The translations under genes were made by a program, and so were the position numbers. The notes under the pieces were generated by a model. It made no database searches, was not told the DNA's origin, and was given only the letters and a program-made list of their open reading frames with translations. Of a stretch of 49,552 nt of DNA, positions 38,664 through 47,207 are shown in pieces (the first letter of the stretch is position 1; every line of letters begins with the position of its first letter). Source of the DNA: Fibrobacteria bacterium (lineage in GTDB: Bacteria > Fibrobacterota > Chitinivibrionia > Chitinivibrionales > FEN-1185); contig JBBIGR010000040.1 of NCBI GenBank assembly GCA_037447435.1, positions 1 through 49,552 on the forward strand. Direction: 5' to 3'.

Positions 38664-40067
38664 ATGGCGGCACAACTGTATTCATGGGGCGGCGCAGAAG
38701 AAGTCACGGGTTCGAAACATTTTTTAAATGTCGATAATGCAACGGTTATGGTCGATTGCGGCGCGTTCCAGGGGCGTCGCGAGGATTCGGACCGTAAAAA
38801 CCGAGAGTGGCCCTTCGATTGCGCCAAGCTCGACGCGGTACTGTTGACTCATGCGCATTACGACCATTGCGGCCTGTTGCCTATGCTTATGTCGCGCGGA
38901 TACAAAAATGCCATATTCTCGACACCCGCGACCTGCGATTTGGCAAATGTAATCCTGCAGGATTCTTCGCATATACAGGCAAAGGACATTGCCTTTTTAG
39001 AAAAAAAGGCAAAACTCAATAATAGGAAAATCGCGAAAGAGCCCCTGTACAACGACAACGACGTTCGGGCATGCATAAAACGGTTTGTCACGAAGTCCTA
39101 TCACGAGTCGTTTACGCTTGCAACCGGGATCCAGGCACGTTTTATCGATGCGGGCCATATACTCGGCTCATCCATGGCTGTTCTCGACATTGCCGATAAC
39201 GAGCGCGCCATCCGCGTCGGATTCAGCGGCGATCTGGGGCGCAAAGGACTTCCCATTATTCGCGATCCCGAATATATTGTGTCCGTCGATTATTTGGTTC
39301 TGGAAAGCACGTACGGAAACCGGCTTCATAAACCTATGGACATGACGCTCGATCTCCTCGCAGAAACGATCAATAAAACCGTTTTGCGCGGCGGGAAAAT
39401 CATTATCCCCGCATTTGCCATCGAACGAACCCAGGAACTTATTTTCTTCATCCACTTGTTGAACGATCAGGGAAAAATCCCGAAAATTCCCATTTACATC
39501 GACAGTCCCATGGCAGTCAATGCGACGACGATTTTCAGAAAACACGAAGAATGCTTCGACGACGAAACGCTTCAGGCTTTTGTGAAACACCATGAAAACC
39601 CGTTCGGGTTTAACGAGCTTCATTATATATCGAGTAAAGAGGAAAGCCAGGCCCTCAACTTCCTTCGCGAACCGGCGATCATCGTTTCGTCGTCGGGAAT
39701 GTGCGAAAGCGGACGCATTCTGCATCACCTGATACACACCATCGGCGATTCGCGTAACACCATTCTCATCGTAGGCTATATGGCCGAAAACACCCTCGGC
39801 CGTAAAATCCTGGAAAAATATCCCCGCGTGTCGATTTTCGACGATTCTTATCCGGTCAATGCCGAAGTGAAAGTCCTCAACTCGTTCAGCGGCCACGCCG
39901 ATTACGACGAAATACTCGATTACGTGTCGCATCTTGACAAAGGTAAACTAAAAAAAATATTTTTGGTTCACGGTGAAAAAGACGCCCAGCAAAACCTTCA
40001 AAAGCTTTTGGAGGAAAAGGGGTTTTCAACGCAAATCAGTAAAGCCGGAGAAAAATACGCATTGTAA
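38664..40067 (+). CDS. MBL-fold beta-CASP ribonuclease
   Basis: GGAEEVTGS, DCG.FQG, THAHYDHCG, AGHILGS, FSGDLG, ESTYG, SGMCESGR, FSGHAD, LVHGE; ATG 38664 with AAGGAG. Confidence 0.92.
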   Translation: MAAQLYSWGGAEEVTGSKHFLNVDNATVMVDCGAFQGRREDSDRKNREWPFDCAKLDAVLLTHAHYDHCGLLPMLMSRGYKNAIFSTPATCDLANVILQDSSHIQAKDIAFLEKKAKLNNRKIAKEPLYNDNDVRACIKRFVTKSYHESFTLATGIQARFIDAGHILGSSMAVLDIADNERAIRVGFSGDLGRKGLPIIRDPEYIVSVDYLVLESTYGNRLHKPMDMTLDLLAETINKTVLRGGKIIIPAFAIERTQELIFFIHLLNDQGKIPKIPIYIDSPMAVNATTIFRKHEECFDDETLQAFVKHHENPFGFNELHYISSKEESQALNFLREPAIIVSSSGMCESGRILHHLIHTIGDSRNTILIVGYMAENTLGRKILEKYPRVSIFDDSYPVNAEVKVLNSFSGHADYDEILDYVSHLDKGKLKKIFLVHGEKDAQQNLQKLLEEKGFSTQISKAGEKYAL

Positions 40068-40112
40068 CCGTCTGTTTTCACGACCCGGAAAGCAGCCCGT
40101 GCATAGTCTGTT

Positions 40113-40772
40113 TCAAAGCCGCTTGGCGGCCGCATAGCCGACGGTCTGCGCGAAAAGGATTCGTTGGTCCTTGCGCAGCGGCAGTTTTATTCCAAGCTCG
40201 CGTTTATTGCAATTGTGGAACCAACTCGCCAGGCCGAACGCGGCGCATACCACATAAATATTCCCAGCGATGATTCCGGTATCGACGTAATAATACGCTT
40301 TTTGAACTTCGGGATCTTTGAGCCCGGGCTCCTTAAAGCCCGATGTATTTGCCAGCTTGTCAATATCGGCGGTGTAAAGAATATGCAACGGCGCCTCGAC
40401 CGTGTACCCGGGCTGGCTCTTGCCTATTGCCAAATCGCGAAAATCGCCGGATACGACCCGTTCCAAGGCATGGTTGTTGGCATTGTATAAATACACCGCG
40501 TCTTTCATGGCTATATACAAGTCTATCTCCTGGGAATTGCTCGCGGTTGCCGCGGTCCTGCCGCCGATGCCGAACGGCCCTTTTTTCCTGTTTACCCCGC
40601 ACGCGGCCCACAGGATATTCGAAATCATTTGCAAAGACAATTTTTTATCGCCGATTTCCCTCGTGGTTTTTCTTTGTTGAAAAATAGTCCCGATGGGCTT
40701 GCCTTTCCCCAGTTTCGGTTTCGGCAATACCAGTGTTTGCGTGGGTTTTTCATTGGATTAGCTTTTGTTCAT
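40113..40772 (-). CDS. Nitroreductase/SagB-like flavoprotein; 5' end apparently disrupted
   Basis: R.TTRE, ILWAACGVNR, RTAATASNSQEIDLY, DTG.IA.NIY. ATG 40772 has a ribosome-binding site but an in-frame TAA follows at 40758-40760; the intact ORF runs only from TTG 40727. Confidence 0.75.
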
Positions 40773-41935
40773 ACGATCGTCCTTTCCTCTTCCGTAAATT
40801 CTATCAAAAACCTGTTTAAATACTGCACGGTTTCGGGCTCACAGCCCTTTCTTACCAATTCGTCACGGTATTGAACGACGCGGTTTTTATTCAAATCTTT
40901 TTCCAAATTCCCGCTTGCATCATCGATGCTGCCGTGATCAAAGCCAAGCACTTTTACGACACAGAAATTCTCGTAATGGCAAGCAAGTATCGTATCGCGC
41001 ACCGCAATGTTTCGTTTCTGATAATCGACCAGGCTCGATAACCGGACATGATAGCGGAAACCGGGTATAAACGGCGGCGCCCAATTGTCCAAATCCGTTT
41101 CCTGCGGTAAAGCCTGGACCAGCACGTCCGTTGCAATGGGTGCATCCTTAACAAAGCCCCCTGTCAAAGACATGCACATTTCTCCGGCGCTGCCCACAAA
41201 AAACGTCTTTTTATTTTCAGTATCATGCTCGCAGGAAACCAATAATGCCGTTGTTCGCTGATAATTGCCCGATGCGTCGCCCGCAGCCGAATCGCTGAAC
41301 ATATAGGTAGACGAATGGTCCCAAATATAGGGCGTTATCGTAAAAGAGCCGGCTTTTATGTCCAAAAGCTTCGTTCCCGCAACAAGGGGATATATTGATC
41401 CGTCAATTCCGTCCCCGCATGCATTTTGCTTTTGGTCGCGCAAAATTTGTTTTTGCATTTCGTCGTCATAGTAAAGATGACTTCCGTTCAATTGGATTTC
41501 AGCGAATTTATCTTCAATGAGCGGCGCATCCGGAGAAAGGTCGTTCAAATCGCCAATAAGCGTATCGAAGCTTTTTTTTATTTCGTCGAGCGTTCCCCTG
41601 TCCGCATAAATCAGGGGCAATTTTCCGAAATCGATTCCTCGCAAGAAAAGCAACAGAAAGATTTTCGGTATGTCGGCGATATGGTCGAAATGTTCATGCG
41701 TGGCAAAGACGGCTTTGCATTCGTATCCTTCATGATATCGAATGGCTATCCAGGTAACGAGGGAATCGATGCGCAGGGAATCGTCCCGGCTGTAACTTGG
41801 CCAGGGGTCTATCATCAAAAACTCTTTGTCAATTTCATTGACAATGATGAAGCCGTTGACTCCCAACCAGACGATTTTTTGGTATCGGCCGTTGTAAATG
41901 TACTTGTCCGGATTTGGTAACGATGCGTTGCCCAT
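40769..41935 (-). CDS. Divergent MBL-fold metallohydrolase
   Basis: IVWLGVNGFII, LMIDPW, THEHFDHIAD (HxHxDH), later WDHS and CHYE. Confidence 0.75.
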   Translation of the reverse strand: MGNASLPNPDKYIYNGRYQKIVWLGVNGFIIVNEIDKEFLMIDPWPSYSRDDSLRIDSLVTWIAIRYHEGYECKAVFATHEHFDHIADIPKIFLLLFLRGIDFGKLPLIYADRGTLDEIKKSFDTLIGDLNDLSPDAPLIEDKFAEIQLNGSHLYYDDEMQKQILRDQKQNACGDGIDGSIYPLVAGTKLLDIKAGSFTITPYIWDHSSTYMFSDSAAGDASGNYQRTTALLVSCEHDTENKKTFFVGSAGEMCMSLTGGFVKDAPIATDVLVQALPQETDLDNWAPPFIPGFRYHVRLSSLVDYQKRNIAVRDTILACHYENFCVVKVLGFDHGSIDDASGNLEKDLNKNRVVQYRDELVRKGCEPETVQYLNRFLIEFTEEERTIV

Positions 41936-42027
41936 GATGTAAATATCGATTACCCGGCTATCGGCATCAAGAACTTTTTCGGCGAAGGTCCTTTTGCGGT
42001 TATCGGCTTGGGACTTCCGATTTCCTC

Positions 42028-43614
42028 TTACAAATCGTATGCAGAATCCGTCAACGTGATATTCTTATTGTTTTCGATGAAATAATTCAAATGCCAGTCT
42101 CCGGTGAACAACAGCACGTCACGGTCGGCTTTGTCTTTTGCAAATGCCGTATTGTTGGGTAAATCAAGACCGGTGGTATCGGACAAGCCGCCGCTCACCC
42201 ATCGCGCAATGGTCCAGGGCGCTTTTTCATATCGCGACGATGCACCGTATTCTGCTTCCAAACGGTATTGCACCAAATCGAATTGCAGCGGGCCCACGGC
42301 ACCCAAAACCAAAACTTTTTGCGCGGCTTTGGTTATCACGAGCATATGGACCAGGCCTTCCTGAATGAGCTGGTCTATGCCGTTTTGAAACCGCTTGTAA
42401 TTGGAGGGTATCGGGTTATGTATGTAAACAAAGCATTCCGGCGAAAACCGGGGAATTTCGCTGTATTTTATTTCAGGCTTTTCGCTGAGCGTATCGCCGA
42501 TGGATAAAAAATCACCGCCGACAACGCCGATAACGTCTCCGGGATATGCCTCATCGATCGAGACCCTGTCGCGCCCGAACACATTGTTCGAATTTGCCAG
42601 GCGCATTTTTTTTCCCGTGCGTATATGCGTCACCCACATATCTCTTGTAAATTTCCCGGAAACGATGCGGACAAACGCCATGCGGTCCCTGTGCCGCGGG
42701 TCCATATTTGCCTGTATCTTGAAAATAAAGCCTGAAAAGGACTCGTCTTCGGGTGATACCAGAATTTCTCCAGCATGCCGCGGCTGAGGCGGCGGCGCAA
42801 ACTCTATGAAACCGTCGAGCAATAGCTGTACGCCGAAATTGTTCACGGCACTGCCGAAAAATACCGGCGTCACATTGCCTTGGGTAAAATCCTCGTCGGT
42901 AAATACGGCTCCGGCATGGTCGACCATTTCTAAATCGCTGCAAACCGTTTTATACGTTCCTTCCGACAGAACATCTTTAATAAGCGGATCATCGAGCCCG
43001 CAGGTGGAAACCGGCGCGCGATATGCACCGTGCACGGTTCGTTCAAACAAATGCGCAAGTTTGGTTCTGCGGTCCCAAACGCCTTTAAAGTCAACGCCGT
43101 TTCCAAGCGGCAGGTTTATGGGATATGCGCCGATTTTCAAGACGCTTTCGATTTCATCGAGAATCGAAAGTGTGTCCATGGATGGCCGGTCCATTTTATT
43201 AACAAACGTAAAAACCGGGATTTTTCTTCGTCTGCAAACTTCAAAAAGTTTTTTCGTCTGCAACTCGATACCTTTTCCTCCGTCAATAACCATGATCACG
43301 GAGTCGACGGCCATGAGCACGCGATAGGTATCTTCGGAAAAGTCATTATGGCCGGGAGTATCAAGCAAATTGATCCGAATGCCGTCATAGTCGAAAAACA
43401 GCACGGTCGAGCTCACCGAAATACCGCGCTTGCGTTCGATTTCCAGCCAGTCCGAAACCGTGGCCGCCTCTTTTTTACGGGCAGTCACCGATCCTGCCGC
43501 CTGCACGGCTCCGCCGTACAGTAAAAGTTTTTCGGTCAAGGTTGTTTTACCCGCATCAGGATGCGAAACAATGGCAAATGTTCTTCTCCGCTTGGTCTCG
43601 GTACGAAAATTCAC
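42028..43614 (-). CDS. prfC: Peptide chain release factor 3
   Basis: RRRTFAIVSHPDAGKTTLTEKLLLYGG, DTPGH.DFSEDTYR, NKMDR, FKIQANMDP.HRDR, LGAVGPLQF. Confidence 0.96.
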   Translation of the reverse strand: MNFRTETKRRRTFAIVSHPDAGKTTLTEKLLLYGGAVQAAGSVTARKKEAATVSDWLEIERKRGISVSSTVLFFDYDGIRINLLDTPGHNDFSEDTYRVLMAVDSVIMVIDGGKGIELQTKKLFEVCRRRKIPVFTFVNKMDRPSMDTLSILDEIESVLKIGAYPINLPLGNGVDFKGVWDRRTKLAHLFERTVHGAYRAPVSTCGLDDPLIKDVLSEGTYKTVCSDLEMVDHAGAVFTDEDFTQGNVTPVFFGSAVNNFGVQLLLDGFIEFAPPPQPRHAGEILVSPEDESFSGFIFKIQANMDPRHRDRMAFVRIVSGKFTRDMWVTHIRTGKKMRLANSNNVFGRDRVSIDEAYPGDVIGVVGGDFLSIGDTLSEKPEIKYSEIPRFSPECFVYIHNPIPSNYKRFQNGIDQLIQEGLVHMLVITKAAQKVLVLGAVGPLQFDLVQYRLEAEYGASSRYEKAPWTIARWVSGGLSDTTGLDLPNNTAFAKDKADRDVLLFTGDWHLNYFIENNKNITLTDSAYDL

Positions 43615-43978
43615 GAATTTATCTCCTATAATCCGTTACTCAGTAACTGGATAGTTTTAGCTGTACTTATTATTTTCGCAAAAAGCGAAAACAAACTTTA
43701 TATAGCCACTAACAATATGTCAGCCAATGCGTTCCATCAATTTCCGCAACAGGTTATTCGATATGAAGTATCGTACACGATTGTGGATATGAGGTTCCCT
43801 ATGAGGGGTTAGTATATTTGAATTATCTACCCTTTTTGTGTAAATAATCCATAAAATAAACTTATCCCATGCTAAGCATGGGAATTTGGCAATTCAAAAA
43901 TAGTTTTATTCCAAAAGGTCCGGGAAATAATGTTTGGCAACGTTGTTTTCTTCAAAAAAACGAATTTACCGTGAAGCA

Positions 43979-44416
43979 TTAGGGCAAAAAAAAACAGTTT
44001 ACATTTTGGCATTTCGGGCATACCGAGGTCCGAACGAGTATCCCTCCTAAAAGCATGAGAGTCCAGAATATAATAACCAACGGAATGTTTTTAAGAAGCC
44101 AGAACTGAGGAAATATAATGAACACTGCAAAGGGAATTAAAGCCAATGCCATTTCCCATAATTTGTAATTCGAGGGTTCCACGGGCTTAAACATAGCCTT
44201 CACAATTGGCCCTGGTATCACATGCCTGCAGGTGCCCAAAGCCACATGCGGGCATTTCCTGCAATAAAAGTACAGCATGCTCAGCATTACAACAGGGAAA
44301 CAACAAACATATGCTGCACCCAGGATTGCAGATGATAAAAAAAGCTGTATGCCGGCAATTCCTATCGCAATCCCGATCAAACCAACACTTAATAAACCGG
44401 GTACCTTGTAATTCAT
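43979..44416 (-). CDS. Four-TM membrane protein with Cys motifs
   Basis: Hydrophobic helices; CRKCPH...CRH and CPKCQNVNC; ATG 44416 with GAAAGG. Confidence 0.72.
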   Translation of the reverse strand: MNYKVPGLLSVGLIGIAIGIAGIQLFLSSAILGAAYVCCFPVVMLSMLYFYCRKCPHVALGTCRHVIPGPIVKAMFKPVEPSNYKLWEMALALIPFAVFIIFPQFWLLKNIPLVIIFWTLMLLGGILVRTSVCPKCQNVNCFFLP

Positions 44417-44503
44417 TATGTTGCGACCTTTCAATCAGATCTTAAAATCAGCAGATTTAAAATTGCTACAATATCTGCCTTTGTTTGCTATAAATGATGT
44501 TCC

Positions 44504-45844
44504 TTATTTTTCAGCACTGAGCAACAATTGCAACGTCTTTGTCAAAACATGCATCGCATAAAGCGGCATCGATAGCAATTGTTTATCAAAGCTCTGGTTA
44601 ACCTGTGAAATTCGAATACCTAAAGCAGCATTATATTCCTGCAGAAACAGGTGGAGGCTCCGCAATGTCCCGCTTTTACCTGCTTTTACTTCAATCGGAA
44701 GTACTTTCGAACAGCTTGCTATTAAATAATCAATTTCGGCATTGCTCGATCTCGCTTCCCTGGCCCAATAATACAAGCCTGGTCTTGCGTAGGGATCTGC
44801 ATTTGCCAAAAGTTCCTGGCCTACAAACTGTTCGGCTACAGCCCCGGCATGAACAGCCAGAATATCTGATGCGGCAAGCAACTCTGCCGATAGTCCGCAC
44901 AAATTCTGCATAAGACCTACATCAAGAAATACTACTTTGAAATTACGTTCGCTCGCCCCAGCCTCCAAGGGAAGTCCGCTGCCACCGGCTTGTTTGACCC
45001 GATATACAACGCCGGCCTTTTCAAGTAAATCAAGTGCCTCTTTTAGTTCTCGTGCATGGGCGGTTTCATCGACATGCGTATATTTGAACTTGCGCCCAAC
45101 CAATTTTGGCACCATTGCAAACACATTCTGCAAATGCGGAATGCGCACTTTGCTCGCATACTTTCCGAAATCATCCCGGTAGGTCATGGCAATCGAAGCC
45201 TGAATTCTACCACACTCAATCATATTGCCGCTCCGTATATATTCATTGACAACTGCTGGCATACCACCTATTATCAAGTAAACTTTAAGCATCGCAAGTA
45301 AATATTCATGGATTGCATCAGGGTATGATTCATCGGGTTTATGTTCGTCGATGCTTTTTCTCGCTGTTTGCCGACCTGCTGCATCCAAAAATTCCACAAA
45401 AGAAAGCGGATACATGAACAAATACTGCACTCTTCCAACCGGTACCCGCATTTCCTCTGCCGATAATGCAAATTCAAGTAAAGAACCGGCTCCAATAACG
45501 TGCAGCAATGGAAGTTTCTCAAAAAAATATCTGAACGACATTATGGCACGAGGGCATTGCTGGATTTCATCAAAAAACAAAAGAGTTTTTCCAGGAATAA
45601 TTTCCTTGCCGGAAATAACCGAAATTGCCGTGCAAATTTCTTGGGGATCCAATGTTTTAGAAAAGCAATCAATGTACTGGGGATTTAAATCAAAATCAAC
45701 AGTCACCACATCGTTAAAAGTTTCTTTTCCAAATTTGTCAATAGTGTAAGACTTCCCGACTTGGCGGGCACCTCGTAAAAGAAGGGGCCGTCTAGTCGAA
45801 CTTTCTTTCCATAAAACGAGCTGCTGTTCAAGCGTTCTGTTCAT
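44504..45844 (-). CDS. AAA+ ATPase (AAA_14 plus DUF4143-type C-terminal domain)
   Basis: LLRGARQVGKS, FFDEIQ, GAGSLL, MYPLSF.EFL, GGMP, AE.FV.QEL, EIDY, PIEVKAG. Confidence 0.9.
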   Translation of the reverse strand: MNRTLEQQLVLWKESSTRRPLLLRGARQVGKSYTIDKFGKETFNDVVTVDFDLNPQYIDCFSKTLDPQEICTAISVISGKEIIPGKTLLFFDEIQQCPRAIMSFRYFFEKLPLLHVIGAGSLLEFALSAEEMRVPVGRVQYLFMYPLSFVEFLDAAGRQTARKSIDEHKPDESYPDAIHEYLLAMLKVYLIIGGMPAVVNEYIRSGNMIECGRIQASIAMTYRDDFGKYASKVRIPHLQNVFAMVPKLVGRKFKYTHVDETAHARELKEALDLLEKAGVVYRVKQAGGSGLPLEAGASERNFKVVFLDVGLMQNLCGLSAELLAASDILAVHAGAVAEQFVGQELLANADPYARPGLYYWAREARSSNAEIDYLIASCSKVLPIEVKAGKSGTLRSLHLFLQEYNAALGIRISQVNQSFDKQLLSMPLYAMHVLTKTLQLLLSAEK

Positions 45845-45991
45845 AACCAATTGCCCTTATTCTGAATTTTGCACATAATACCATTGTATTATATACAGTT
45901 TTAGTATAATATACCTGGTTATTATATACATTACAAGTAAAAAGGCACTTTGGAACCAACTTTTTGACCTATTCCTTCTAATTCCCGAAAT

Positions 45992-47179
45992 TCATCTCGT
46001 CAGAACGAACCGCAACGACCCGATTTCCCTGTTTCCATCCTTGATTGACATACAGTACATTCCCGGACGAATTCCGGCCCTTGCCGCATCCACAACGCCC
46101 CTGCTGCCGGCAAACGTTACGGAAAAAATGCGCCTACCCAGGCTGTTGCATATTTCAATATCAAAAACGTAACTGTCCGAAGCCCGAGGCACGGTCACGA
46201 CGATGTTGCTTTTAAAACATACGATTTGGGGCGCCTGCGAACCGGCCTGTTTTGTGGCCTCTTGCCTTCCAATACCGAGCGCGTCCTGCGCCAGGGTAAC
46301 AACCATACCTTGGCCACCCACGACCACGAAAATACCGTTGCCATAGGCGATTGACGCAGGAAAGGGCGGCAAGCCGGATAGGTTGTAATTCCAACTCAGG
46401 CCGTGCACAGAGGTGACTAAGTCGGTGAATTGACCGATGGCAACGAAGCGGCCGTTGCCATACGTCACAGACAGCAGTTCGTCACCGGACAGGGAAAGCC
46501 GAGGAGCCCATGTTGTGCCGTCAACCGATGTCATGACCCTGCCGCTCTCGCCCACCGCGACAAATATCGAATCAGCGTAGGTCACTGAAAGCAATCTGTC
46601 CAGTATGCCACTTGCCCTCTTTGTCCATGCCACGCCGCCGGAAGAGGAATAAATTGTTCCCTGATCGCCTGTTGCCACGAAAACGCCGTTGCCGAAGGCA
46701 ATGGCATTGAATGCAAGTTCAGTTGTATCTGAAAATCTTGTTGTCCACGACATGCCGTCCGGCGAGGTCAGCACGCAGCCCGGGCCTGCGGCAACGAATT
46801 GGCCTTGCGCATACGTCAGGTCTGCAATGCCGTAGCGCGCATTGATTTTATGCTTTGTCCAGGTAGCCGCGTTCGCAGACATCAGGACCGTATCGCCCCA
46901 TCCCGCCGCCACAAAAACGCCGTTTCCATACGCGATACATTTCAGGTTAAAGCTCAGGCTCGGATTCGTTATTGTCCAGGTCGTGGCATCCGGCGAAATC
47001 AGCAACGTCGGTCCGTTGCCAAAGGCAATGAACCGGTTATTGCAAAAGGAGACTGAAAAAAGCGGGCCGGTTACGCCTGAGTTTTTCACTGCCCACGGCA
47101 GCTGCGCGTGGGCCAAAACGCTGCACGTCAGAACCAATACCGCGGCAAAGCGTCTCCGACCGAAAGTCCGGGTCATCAC
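45992..47179 (-). CDS. Secreted beta-propeller repeat protein with T9SS-like C-terminal domain
   Basis: Signal peptide (..LAHAQ); repeats of (IA/VT)YGNG.FVAVG..G....S.DG..W; tail ICNSLGRRI...PGMY. Confidence 0.82.
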   Translation of the reverse strand: MMTRTFGRRRFAAVLVLTCSVLAHAQLPWAVKNSGVTGPLFSVSFCNNRFIAFGNGPTLLISPDATTWTITNPSLSFNLKCIAYGNGVFVAAGWGDTVLMSANAATWTKHKINARYGIADLTYAQGQFVAAGPGCVLTSPDGMSWTTRFSDTTELAFNAIAFGNGVFVATGDQGTIYSSSGGVAWTKRASGILDRLLSVTYADSIFVAVGESGRVMTSVDGTTWAPRLSLSGDELLSVTYGNGRFVAIGQFTDLVTSVHGLSWNYNLSGLPPFPASIAYGNGIFVVVGGQGMVVTLAQDALGIGRQEATKQAGSQAPQIVCFKSNIVVTVPRASDSYVFDIEICNSLGRRIFSVTFAGSRGVVDAARAGIRPGMYCMSIKDGNREIGSLRFVLTR

Positions 47180-47207
47180 GAGGGTCCTTCTTGATAATTA
47201 TCAAAAA

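Noticed and set aside
39168..39932. 254-aa minus-strand ORF
   Set aside because: Antisense to the beta-CASP nuclease
43561..43812. 83-aa plus-strand ORF
   Set aside because: Overlaps the prfC start on the opposite strand, has no ribosome-binding site and no recognisable features
43860..43978. Possible integron attC site after the Cys-rich membrane gene
   Set aside because: No convincing RYYYAAC...GTTRRRY pair with matching inner arms, and no integrase in the window
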